Shown here piece after piece: positions 7,642-15,847 of a stretch of DNA of 24,216 nt (positions within the stretch are counted from its first letter, which is position 1; every line of letters starts with the position of its first letter). The notes under the pieces are model-generated. The model was given only the letters and a program-made list of their open reading frames with translations. It was not told the origin of the DNA and ran no database searches. Source of the DNA: a virus (taxonomy: Duplodnaviria; Caudoviricetes); IMG/VR virus record IMGVR_UViG_3300031152_000006, positions 1 to 24,216 of that record; one strand, 5' to 3'. A program made the translations under genes and the position numbers.

Positions 7642-9561
7642 GTGATCATACCCAAGCCAATCGTCATCGACTTTGAAACGGCGGCCATAGAGCCGCGCCC
7701 GGAGTACCCACCCAAGCCGGTGGGATTCAGCATAAAGCGCCCAGGGGACAAGAAGAGCAAGTATTACGCGTGGGGGCACCCAACTAAGAACAATACGTCC
7801 AAGGCCGACGCCCAACGTGTGTTGCATGACGCCTGGAAGAGCGGCAGTGACTTGCTATTTCATCACGGCAAGTTTGACGTTGACGTCGCGCAGGTCCACA
7901 TGGGACTGGCGAGCGTTCCTCTGGACCCGATCAAGATCCACGACACCCAGTTCCTGCTCTTTCTGCTCGACCCCCATAGTTGGTCGCTCGGTCTCAAGCC
8001 CATGGCCGAGAAGTTCCTAGGACTGCCGCCAGACGAACAAGCCAGCGTGCGGGACTGGCTCATAGAGCATCAAAGGGAGCTGAAAGCTGACGGCTTGCTG
8101 CCGGCCAACGTGCGCATCACCGCGGGCAACTTCGGGGCGTGGATCAGTTTGGCGCCTGGAGACTTAGTTGGAACCTACGCGGACGGGGACGTATTACGCA
8201 CCGACAAGTTGTTCAAGATGACCTATAAGATGGTCAGCGATGCTGGCATGCTGGAGGCGTATCAGCGCGAGCAACGCCTCATGCCTATCTTGTTGCAGAA
8301 CGAACGCGAGGGCATGCGCTGCGACGTCGTGGGCTTGGAGCGGGACTTACCCCTGTACGAGTGTGCAGTGGCAGCTGCGGAAGCGTGGCTGCGCAAGAAG
8401 CTGAAGGCTCCTGACCTGGACTTCGAGAAGGACCGGGAGGTAGCCAACGCCCTGGAGTCGTCCGGTGTAGTAACAGAGTGGTCCTACACCAAGACAGGCT
8501 TGAAGTCAATAAACAAGAAATCTCTCAAGGCCGAGCACTACCACAACCAGCAGGTCTTTCAGGTTCTGGGCTATAGGTCCAAGGCGTCGAACTGTCTGCA
8601 GACTTTGTTTCGTCCTTGGATAGACACCGCGTCCCGCACCGGAGGCATTTTGCACTCTGGCTGGAACCAAACCCGCAACGATAGGGACGCTGGCGCGCGT
8701 ACGGGGCGTCTGAGTAGTAGCCCCAACTTCATGGCGGTGGCGAAGGACTTCGAGGACAAAGGCGACGGTTGGTCCCACCCCGCCTTCCTCAAATCGTTGC
8801 CCCACCTGCCGCTCATGCGCAAGTACATGCTGCCGGACTCCCCCAAACACTGGTGGGGTAGGCGGGATTACAACCAGCAAGAACTGCGCATTCTGGCCCA
8901 CTTCGAAGATGGCGAGTTACTCGAAGCGTACCGCGCCAACCCCCGCCTAGATGTGCACAAGTTCGTGCAGGAGGCCATCAAGGAGTTGCTCGGGATAGAC
9001 CTGCCCCGCACCCCCATTAAGACGCTGAACTTCGGTCTGATCTACGGCCAGGGGGTCGGGTCCATGGCCGAAAAACTGGGCCGCACGGTGGAGGAAGTGG
9101 CGTCATTTCGACAAGCTCAGTTCTCTGCGCTGCCGGGGCTCAAGTCTCTTGATAAAAGCACCAAGAAACGCGGCAAGGACGGTGAGTGCATTACCACATG
9201 GGGCGGGCGCCAATACTTCGCCGAAGAGCCCAAGATGATCGACGGTTGGTACAGGACGTTTGAATACAAATTGCTGAATTACCTGATTCAAGGGAGCGCA
9301 GCGGATTGTTGCAAGGAAGCCTTGATCAGATTCAACAGTCTACCCGGTAAGGACTCTAGATTTGTAGTCACGGTGCACGATGAAATCAACATCAGCGCCG
9401 CCAAGGGCGCGTTCAAGAAGGAAATGCTGAAGCTCAGGGAGTGCATGCAGTCGGTCGAGTTCGATTTGCCCATGCTGTCGGACGCAGAGTTTGGCCCCAG
9501 CTGGGGCGCGATGGAGGCGCTGAAGGAACCGGCCGCATCCAAATTGACACCATTCGCTTAG
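7642..9561 (+). CDS. polA: Family A DNA polymerase with 3'-5' exonuclease domain
   Basis: ExoI IDFET, ExoII HHGKFD, ExoIII YADGD; RTGRLSSSPN; motif A DYNQQELRILAH, motif B KTLNFGLIYG (Phe at the E. coli 762-equivalent), motif C VHDE. Confidence 0.97.
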   Translation: MIIPKPIVIDFETAAIEPRPEYPPKPVGFSIKRPGDKKSKYYAWGHPTKNNTSKADAQRVLHDAWKSGSDLLFHHGKFDVDVAQVHMGLASVPLDPIKIHDTQFLLFLLDPHSWSLGLKPMAEKFLGLPPDEQASVRDWLIEHQRELKADGLLPANVRITAGNFGAWISLAPGDLVGTYADGDVLRTDKLFKMTYKMVSDAGMLEAYQREQRLMPILLQNEREGMRCDVVGLERDLPLYECAVAAAEAWLRKKLKAPDLDFEKDREVANALESSGVVTEWSYTKTGLKSINKKSLKAEHYHNQQVFQVLGYRSKASNCLQTLFRPWIDTASRTGGILHSGWNQTRNDRDAGARTGRLSSSPNFMAVAKDFEDKGDGWSHPAFLKSLPHLPLMRKYMLPDSPKHWWGRRDYNQQELRILAHFEDGELLEAYRANPRLDVHKFVQEAIKELLGIDLPRTPIKTLNFGLIYGQGVGSMAEKLGRTVEEVASFRQAQFSALPGLKSLDKSTKKRGKDGECITTWGGRQYFAEEPKMIDGWYRTFEYKLLNYLIQGSAADCCKEALIRFNSLPGKDSRFVVTVHDEINISAAKGAFKKEMLKLRECMQSVEFDLPMLSDAEFGPSWGAMEALKEPAASKLTPFA

Positions 9562-9569
9562 GAGCCGTT

Positions 9570-10298
9570 GTGGCAACCAAGGTCATTCCGATTAAACAGT
9601 TTTCGTCCTGGAGTTGGAGCCGCTACCAAGATTGGGTTAAGTGCCCGCTCAAGGCCAAGCTCAAGCATATAGACAAGCTCAGGGAGCCCTCCAACGACGC
9701 TATGGAGCGGGGCACCAACATACACAAAATGGCGGAGAATTACGTGCTCGGCAATCTCAGGACGCTACCAACTGAGCTGCGGGCATTCAAGGAAGAGTTC
9801 GCCAAGCTGAAGAAGCTCTACAAGACCAAAAAGCTGCCGCTATCCGTGGAGGGCGATCTTGCGTTTACCAAAGATTGGGACTCTACAGCGTGGAACGACT
9901 GGCAAGGTGCGTGGGTGCGCATCAAGATAGATTGCGAGCATTTCGAGGCGCCTAACTTGCTGGTCGTGACCGACTACAAAACAGGCAAGATGGACGAACG
10001 CAACACGGCTGAGTACATGCTTCAGTTGCAGCTGTACGCGGTCAGCGGCCTTGTGCGCTTTTCGCATATCAAGGACATAGTGGTGCAGCCCCGCATCTTG
10101 TACCTAGACCACGGCGTGGAGTTTCCGCCCGCGGGTGAGCAAGTGCAGTACACTTTGAAGGATCTCAAGGGCTTGATCAAGGACTGGGGTAAGCGCGTGG
10201 CGCCCATGTTTGCGGATAAGCGATTTGCGCCCAAGCCTAACTACGGCTGCAAGTGGTGTTTTTTCAGCAAGGCTAAGAACGGCAATTGTAAGTTCTAA
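9570..10298 (+). CDS. Cas4/RecB-like PD-(D/E)XK nuclease
   Basis: SWSRY...CP, RGTNIH, KID, TDYKTG, QLQLYA, C-terminal CKWC...C. AGGAG at 9560-9564 precedes GTG 9570. Confidence 0.88.
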   Translation: MATKVIPIKQFSSWSWSRYQDWVKCPLKAKLKHIDKLREPSNDAMERGTNIHKMAENYVLGNLRTLPTELRAFKEEFAKLKKLYKTKKLPLSVEGDLAFTKDWDSTAWNDWQGAWVRIKIDCEHFEAPNLLVVTDYKTGKMDERNTAEYMLQLQLYAVSGLVRFSHIKDIVVQPRILYLDHGVEFPPAGEQVQYTLKDLKGLIKDWGKRVAPMFADKRFAPKPNYGCKWCFFSKAKNGNCKF

Positions 10299-10309
10299 GG
10301 AGCTACAGC

Positions 10310-10882
10310 ATGGAAACAGAAGTACGCAAGATCCACGTGATGTGCGACTTGGAGACGTTGGGCAAAGCTCCGGGCTGTAAGATCGTCAGCATAGGGGCCG
10401 TGGAGTTTTCCAGCGCAGGCCTGGGCCACGAGTTCTACATGGAGGTTACCCGCGACTTCCAAGGAACGTTGAACGAGGATCCCTCCACGCTTGAGTGGTG
10501 GGCTGCCCAGCCCTCTGAAGTTCGCGATCGTTTGTTCGAACACGATGCGCGGCGGCCGTTCTTGTCCAGCGCGTTGTTTGACTTCAACGAATGGCTAGTC
10601 AGTTTGTCAACTCAATCCCAGGGGGGCCCAGCGGAGATAGCCTTGTGGGGCAATGGCGCCACTTTCGACAACAGCATATTGAGGTATGCCTACACGGCAG
10701 TGGGCGGCCCCAAGGAACCTGCGTGGCCGTGGTTCAATGATTTTTGCTACCGCACCCTGAAGAACCTCCGTCTTGACGTACAGTTGGAGCGGACATCCCC
10801 CAAGCACCACGCGCTGTGCGACGCCAAGTACCAAGCGTTGCACGCCATAGAACTGATGAAGGCGATCGGGGTATGGGTGTAG
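10310..10882 (+). CDS. DEDDh 3'-5' exonuclease (Rv2179c/DUF5051-like)
   Basis: HVMCDLETLG, STLEWW, LWGNGATFD, CYRTLK, HHALCDA; AAGGAG RBS. Confidence 0.9.
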   Translation: METEVRKIHVMCDLETLGKAPGCKIVSIGAVEFSSAGLGHEFYMEVTRDFQGTLNEDPSTLEWWAAQPSEVRDRLFEHDARRPFLSSALFDFNEWLVSLSTQSQGGPAEIALWGNGATFDNSILRYAYTAVGGPKEPAWPWFNDFCYRTLKNLRLDVQLERTSPKHHALCDAKYQALHAIELMKAIGVWV

Positions 10883-11238
10883 TAGGTCGCTGGGTAGTCG
10901 GAGCAGGGACGGTAGTGGCCGAAGCCTCCTTGCACGACGTGGGCGCGGACGAGTTGTCGGCGTTCGGCAGGGCAGGCGCGAAGTTGGTCGAGCTGACGGA
11001 CGTACACGCCCATCCGTTCTGCCGCGGTAAAGGATGGTCTAGATTGGCCGTAGAAGCCGCTATGGAGTATGCCGACAAGAGGGATTGGGACGTGTATTTG
11101 CGGGTCTGCGTCTACGGCACCGTTGGAAAGAGGGTGCCTCGTCTTACGACAACCCAACTAGCAGCTTTTTACACCTCGTTGGGTTTCAAGCCTGTCGGAC
11201 CGTCGTTGGAGCTACAAATGGTCAGACGGCAGCCATGA
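10873..11238 (+). CDS. GNAT-family N-acetyltransferase
   Basis: Acetyl-CoA motif A VHAHPFCRGKGWS and C-terminal LAAFYTSLGF; start at ATG 10873 overlaps the upstream stop. Confidence 0.8.
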   Translation: MGVVGRWVVGAGTVVAEASLHDVGADELSAFGRAGAKLVELTDVHAHPFCRGKGWSRLAVEAAMEYADKRDWDVYLRVCVYGTVGKRVPRLTTTQLAAFYTSLGFKPVGPSLELQMVRRQP

Positions 11239-11588
11239 CTCGCGACGAGCGGAAGATAGAAGATTGGGTTATGCAAAAGGCTTGGGACCTTTACGGAGTG
11301 CCCAGTATTAAGCTCAACGTCTCCGGCAATACAGGATGGCAGGATGTGCTGTTCGTACTGTTCAGCGGCAAGACGCTCTGGGTGGAGTTCAAACAACCAG
11401 GCGCAGGTCTGGACCCCAAGCAAAAGCTACAACGCAAGGTGTTGAAGTATCGTGGCCACAACGTCCAAACGCACACAGATCGTCTCAGAGCCCTCGAAGC
11501 CGTCGAGTGTGCCCTGGAAGCCTCTCGCCTACATGAAGAAGGCGGTCAAGTTCCTGCTCGAACACGGCGCAGGGGGCCTCCTTCTTGA
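11235..11588 (+). CDS. VRR-NUC domain nuclease
   Basis: ERKIE, GWQD (G.PD-equivalent), LWVEFKQPG..L.P.Q; ATGA overlap; lies next to a SNF2 helicase as is usual in phages. Confidence 0.82.
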   Translation: MTRDERKIEDWVMQKAWDLYGVPSIKLNVSGNTGWQDVLFVLFSGKTLWVEFKQPGAGLDPKQKLQRKVLKYRGHNVQTHTDRLRALEAVECALEASRLHEEGGQVPARTRRRGPPS

Positions 11589-12960
11589 CCCTGGGATGTG
11601 TAAGACCAGCATCACGCTGGCGGCTTTCAAGATACTGAAGACCGAAGGCATGAGCCGCGGCATGGTCGTCTTCTGCCCCCTGTACCCCGCCCATACTACT
11701 TGGCCCAACGAGGTACGCAAGTGGAGCGACTTCAACGAATTAGACATTGTCGTGTTGCACGGCCCCAAGAAGGACCGGCTGGTGCGCGAAAAGCACGACA
11801 TATACATGATCAACTACGAAGCCATACCGTGGTTGTTCAACAGGGCGAAGGTAGGCAAGGCGTGGAAGTATTTCATCACGGATGCTGGCAAGGAGCTGCT
11901 CAAGAACGTTGACATGGTTGTGTTTGATGAACTGCACAACATGAAGAACAGCGACACCTTGCGCTTCGCTCTGATCAAGCCGTGGCTGGACAAGTTTCTG
12001 CGCCGCTGGGGGCTGACGGGCTCCCCCGCCAGCAACGGTCTGCTTGACCTGTTTGGGCAGTGCTACGTCTTGGACGGCGGGCGGACTTTGGGCAAGTATG
12101 TCACGCACTACAAGTCTGAATACTTCGTCGCGTTGGACCAGAACGGGTGGAACTGGGCTCTGCAGAAGGGGGCCGAAAAGCGCATTTACGACAGACTCAA
12201 GCCGTTGATGCTTCGTCTGGACGCAGAAGACTACATCAAGTTGCCGCGCCAAATGGACCACTACATCAAGTTTGACTTGCCTGACAAGGTGCGAAAAACT
12301 TACGATGAAATGGAAAAGGAGCTGTTGACCACCTTGGACGCTCAACTCATAGTGGCGCCCAACAAGGGGTCAGCCGTGACCAAGTGCAGACAGATCTGCT
12401 CTGGCGCCCTCTACACCCCCACCAGGGACCCGATCACAGGTATCGGCGAAAGTTCGTCGGGCAAGGATCGTCCATGGCAGCTCGTGCACGACTGTAAGAT
12501 AGAGCTGATCAAATCGTTGGCGGAAGAGCTGCAAGGTAAGCAGTTGTTGGTGGCGTATGAGTACAACCACGATCTGGCGCGGCTGCTTAAAGCCTTTCCC
12601 AATACGCCGTACATTGGCAGCGGCGTGCCGTTGAAAAAGGGCGTAGCCATCGAGGCGGCATGGAACAGAGGGGAGATACCTCTGCTGTTCGGTCAACCGG
12701 CATCCATCGGCGTAGGGCTGAATCTCCAAGGTAGCAACGCGTGCCACATTGCTTGGTTCACCATCACTTGGAACCAGCTGCACTACGATCAGTTGAATCG
12801 GCGCTTGCGGCGAACGGGGAGCGGCGCTGAAATCGTCCACGTCTACCATCTAGCGGCCAAAAATACCGTGGAGGAAAGCGTGGTGGCGTCTTTGCGCACT
12901 AAGTGGAAGACCCAGATGGACCTCTTCAACGCGATCAAGACGAAAAAGCGGCTTTCATAG
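11452..12960 (+). CDS. SNF2-family (SF2) helicase
   Basis: Motif I LLLDPGMCKT, II FDELH, III LTGSP, V GVGLNLQ, VI QLNRRLRRTG. The start could instead be GTG 11509. Confidence 0.92.
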   Translation: MATTSKRTQIVSEPSKPSSVPWKPLAYMKKAVKFLLEHGAGGLLLDPGMCKTSITLAAFKILKTEGMSRGMVVFCPLYPAHTTWPNEVRKWSDFNELDIVVLHGPKKDRLVREKHDIYMINYEAIPWLFNRAKVGKAWKYFITDAGKELLKNVDMVVFDELHNMKNSDTLRFALIKPWLDKFLRRWGLTGSPASNGLLDLFGQCYVLDGGRTLGKYVTHYKSEYFVALDQNGWNWALQKGAEKRIYDRLKPLMLRLDAEDYIKLPRQMDHYIKFDLPDKVRKTYDEMEKELLTTLDAQLIVAPNKGSAVTKCRQICSGALYTPTRDPITGIGESSSGKDRPWQLVHDCKIELIKSLAEELQGKQLLVAYEYNHDLARLLKAFPNTPYIGSGVPLKKGVAIEAAWNRGEIPLLFGQPASIGVGLNLQGSNACHIAWFTITWNQLHYDQLNRRLRRTGSGAEIVHVYHLAAKNTVEESVVASLRTKWKTQMDLFNAIKTKKRLS

Positions 12961-13013
12961 CCTTTCCCAATGGACCTATGGATAGCCTGTAGGTCCGCCA
13001 TAGTGAAGTTCTA

Positions 13014-13042
13014 TGGCGCGCGCTCATAGTTGAGTTTATAGT
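13014..13042 (+). promoter_or_regulatory. Possible sigma70-like promoter heading the modification gene string
   Basis: TATAGT (13037-13042) with a weak -35 (TGGCGC) 17 nt upstream, in the AT-richer non-coding gap after the helicase. Confidence 0.35.
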
Positions 13043-13082
13043 CTCTACATCGAAACACCGTAACGAACCGAAGGAGCTGAAA

Positions 13083-13229
13083 ATGGCCCACTCTGAATTC
13101 AGTCAAGTTCTGTTGCTCGAACGTTGCGTGAAGCTCCTCTTTATCATGCGCAACCATCACGGCGGCAGGTTTGAACTTCATCGCGCAATCGGCGCCTTGA
13201 GGCTCGCTCGATCGGCTCGCCACGTCTGA
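13083..13229 (+). CDS. Small hypothetical protein (48 aa, MAHSEFSQVLLLERCVKLLFIMRNHHGG...), absent from ORF track
   Basis: GAAGGAG at 13070-13076, ATG 13083, TGA 13227-13229. Confidence 0.55.
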   Translation: MAHSEFSQVLLLERCVKLLFIMRNHHGGRFELHRAIGALRLARSARHV

Positions 13230-13237
13230 CCTCTATC

Positions 13238-14038
13238 ATGGACGAGCCTGTCGTATGCCGCGAAGTCGGCACCAGCTACACCTGCATTCGTACGTCTGTT
13301 AGTGCCACCCATACAACGTACGTCACCATGGCCGATCTCAGAGTGGATCGTCTGAGCAATAAGGAATTCGCCCAACATTGGAAACCTTACGAAGTCTACC
13401 CCGTAGGGCGTGCGGCTCAGGTATACTTGGGCGCAGGTCAATACCGTGAAATTGACCCCCAGGTCAAAAAGCTCCTTGAGCAGATCCTGAGCAACCCGGC
13501 AACACCAGTAGAGCTTGATCCCGTCGTTTTTCCATCTTCAACTTCTCACCAGAAGGAAACTGTCATGTCTGAAGCGCAAACCGCCGCTGCGTCCGAAACC
13601 AAGACCTCCAAGGTCAAGAACGCCCCCGCGGCGAAGAAGGCAGCGAAGTCCGCCCCGGGCAAGCAAGCTGTCGCTGCAAAGAAGCCCGCAAAGAAAGCTG
13701 CCCCGGCCCCCGCGGCGAAGAAGGCAGCGAAGTCCGCCCCGGGCAAGCAAGCTGTCGCTGCGGTGGCGCAGACTCTGACCAAGGGCTCTGCCAAGCAGAC
13801 CGAAGCCGCCAAGAAGCCTCTGGGGCGGCCGGTGAGCAACGAAAAGCTCAAGGTCCTGGACCCGGAAGCCCCTCGCCGCGGCGCCACCGCCGACTTCGTG
13901 ACCGCAGCCGTTAAGCTCAAGACCTTCACGCGTCAAGAGCTGGCCGACGCCATGATCAAGGCCGGCTACGAAGAAAAGGCCGCCCGGATCAAGGTCGCGG
14001 ACATGGTGTACTTCGAAGTCATCGGCCCAGCCAAGTAA
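13238..14038 (+). CDS. Protein with histone H1-like Ala/Lys/Pro-rich region and C-terminal helical domain; strong in-frame internal start at 13565
   Basis: PAAKKAAKSAPGKQAVAA repeats; AGAAGGA precedes in-frame ATG 13565, whereas ATG 13238 has no clear RBS. Confidence 0.75.
   Translation: MDEPVVCREVGTSYTCIRTSVSATHTTYVTMADLRVDRLSNKEFAQHWKPYEVYPVGRAAQVYLGAGQYREIDPQVKKLLEQILSNPATPVELDPVVFPSSTSHQKETVMSEAQTAAASETKTSKVKNAPAAKKAAKSAPGKQAVAAKKPAKKAAPAPAAKKAAKSAPGKQAVAAVAQTLTKGSAKQTEAAKKPLGRPVSNEKLKVLDPEAPRRGATADFVTAAVKLKTFTRQELADAMIKAGYEEKAARIKVADMVYFEVIGPAK
13622..13761 (+). repeat. 56-bp exact direct repeat (13622-13677 and 13706-13761; 84-bp period)
   Basis: GCCCCCGCGGCGAAGAAGGCAGCGAAGTCCGCCCCGGGCAAGCAAGCTGTCGCTGC occurs twice in frame. 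Confidence 0.95.
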
Positions 14039-14041
14039 GCC

Positions 14042-14902
14042 GTGACTCTGTCCATCGTCGAATTCGGCGATGCATTGCTGCGTACGGGGGACCTGGACCC
14101 CGCGTACGCAGCAATCGCCGCTTGTGGGTTGGACGAGCCCACCCTTCACCGCCTGTGCCTTGCGTACTGGTGCTTCTACCACCTAGGAGTCGCGGCCCGT
14201 CTGGCCGAGTATAAGACCCCCGCTGTGTTTTGGTCCTGGATGGCCGAAGCCGCTGCGAACAAGGACCTGTCTTGGCCCCGCGGATCGGAGCGGCGGCACT
14301 TCCGGGCGGAAGCCGCGAAGTCTTCCGTGCGGGACTTGATGAGTCGGTACAAAACGGCAACTGACGCGGTTTATGGCATGATCGATTGCCCCATACCTAT
14401 CGGCCAAAAGTCGGTTCAGTTCGCCAGCGTGACAGCCAAAGTTGAGTCTCACACTGGGTTCGGCCCGTGGATGGGGTTCAAAATCGCGGACATGGCGGAG
14501 CGCGTGCTTGGCGGTCACGTGGACTTCTCCAACTGTCAGTTGAAGATGTTCAAGGATCCGCGGCAAGGGGCCTCTCTGGCGTACTTCCTGGACCACGTAG
14601 AGCCCAAACAACTCAAGCTGCTGGGTGATCCCAGGCCGTGGGAGTTCCCCGCGACGGACGCCCAAATCACCGCCACTGTTGACAAGTACGTCGCGTTGTG
14701 GCGCAAGAAGCGCGCAAAGGCCCCGCCCGCGAAAGATCGGCTGGTCAATATCCAGGAAATCGAGACCATTTTCTGCAAGTACAAGTCCCACTACAAGGGC
14801 CACTATCCGATAGGCAAGGACACGCACGAAATTGGCAAGGCGCTGGAAGGTTGGGGCGACCTCGCGCGGCAACTCAAGAAAGGACTGCCAAGTGGCGCGT
14901 AA
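14042..14902 (+). CDS. Amino acid:DNA transferase (aGPT-Pplase2/ADDT family)
   Basis: Family motifs FG..LL.TGDLDP.Y, LAYWCFYH.G, WPRGSERRHFR, GFGPW..FKIADM.ER, IQEIETIFCKYKSH..GHY..GKD..EI. Confidence 0.87.
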   Translation: MTLSIVEFGDALLRTGDLDPAYAAIAACGLDEPTLHRLCLAYWCFYHLGVAARLAEYKTPAVFWSWMAEAAANKDLSWPRGSERRHFRAEAAKSSVRDLMSRYKTATDAVYGMIDCPIPIGQKSVQFASVTAKVESHTGFGPWMGFKIADMAERVLGGHVDFSNCQLKMFKDPRQGASLAYFLDHVEPKQLKLLGDPRPWEFPATDAQITATVDKYVALWRKKRAKAPPAKDRLVNIQEIETIFCKYKSHYKGHYPIGKDTHEIGKALEGWGDLARQLKKGLPSGA

Positions 14903-15737
14903 GCACAACATCGTCATCGTCGGCGCGGGCCTCTTCGGCTCGATAGCTGCGCGCTTGGCCAGGGACGCGGGCCACACTGTCACGGTCATCGACGCCAACT
15001 TGCCGTTCGCAGCCAGCAAGGCGTCCGGTTGCGTCCTGGCGCCGTCTTGGCTCAATAGCATGGAGCGCAGTCAGATCGACACGTCGTTGGCCATCCTGGA
15101 CGAATTGTACGGGCTCATTCCGTTGGAGCTGCACTCCAATCTCGGCAAGGTGTTCAAGGCGCAGCGCGTGAACCTGAGCGACGTACTTGTCAAGCCAGAC
15201 CTGGAATTGATAGTGGACGGTGTGACTGACGGCGTGGTGCCCACGCCAGCTGGCAAGTACCGCGGCAAGGTGCTCGTGGCTGCAGGGGTCAAGTCGTTTG
15301 AGTTGTTGTCGCTGAGTAGCTTCCCGGGAGACTTGCCGCGGATGAAAGCTCTTTGGGGCGCTTCATTGACGTTCAACACGCAGTTGAAGAAGTCTGCTGC
15401 GCGCCTTCACGTCTACGCTCCTTACAAGCAGGCCGTCGCGTTCAACAATGGCTCGAAGCATGTGTGGATGGGGGACGGTACTTCGTTGGTTGAGGCTACT
15501 TGGGCCAAGCAACAAGAAGGCCGGGTGCTTGACACTATGCGCAGGGCCAAATCTCTTTTCGGCTTGCCGGCAGTACCTCCGGTGGTGAACGTCGGCGCCC
15601 GTCCGTGCGTGGAGGGCTACAAGGCCGGGTTTTTCGGCCGCCTGGGTCCACACACGTGGGTATCCACCGGCGGCGCGAAGAACGGGACCGTTTTGGCTGC
15701 ATGGCAGGCTTACCAATTCTTGCAGGAGCTGAAATGA
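14892..15737 (+). CDS. FAD-dependent oxidoreductase (glycine oxidase/DAO-like); candidate flavin-dependent lyase acting on glycyl-thymine
   Basis: Rossmann IVIVGAGLFG...VTVID, ASKASG, GARP, TGGAKNG; AAAGGA before GTG 14892; overlaps the transferase gene. Confidence 0.85.
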   Translation: MARKHNIVIVGAGLFGSIAARLARDAGHTVTVIDANLPFAASKASGCVLAPSWLNSMERSQIDTSLAILDELYGLIPLELHSNLGKVFKAQRVNLSDVLVKPDLELIVDGVTDGVVPTPAGKYRGKVLVAAGVKSFELLSLSSFPGDLPRMKALWGASLTFNTQLKKSAARLHVYAPYKQAVAFNNGSKHVWMGDGTSLVEATWAKQQEGRVLDTMRRAKSLFGLPAVPPVVNVGARPCVEGYKAGFFGRLGPHTWVSTGGAKNGTVLAAWQAYQFLQELK

Positions 15738-15847
15738 CGTTTGACGAGTTCTGCGGGCAGTTCACACTGACTGCCGAAGAGCGCGCTGCTTTGGTGTGGC
15801 ACTTGGCTGGCCTTCGTTTCCGCAAGACGCTGGAGGCCCTGTTGTGA
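15734..15847 (+). CDS. 37-aa hypothetical protein (MTFDEFCGQFTLTAEERAALVWHLAGLRFRKTLEALL)
   Basis: AGGAG RBS; ATGA and GTGA overlaps at the two ends. Confidence 0.7.
   Translation: MTFDEFCGQFTLTAEERAALVWHLAGLRFRKTLEALL

Noticed and set aside
7642-9561. Z-genome polymerase (DpoZ) with DatZ-like HD enzyme
   Set aside because: No purZ is in the window, and the HD gene lies beside a dUMP-type TS homolog, which fits hmdU metabolism better.
9570-10298. Cas4-like gene as evidence of a CRISPR-Cas system
   Set aside because: No other cas genes or array are present; solo Cas4-like nucleases next to polA are common in phages.
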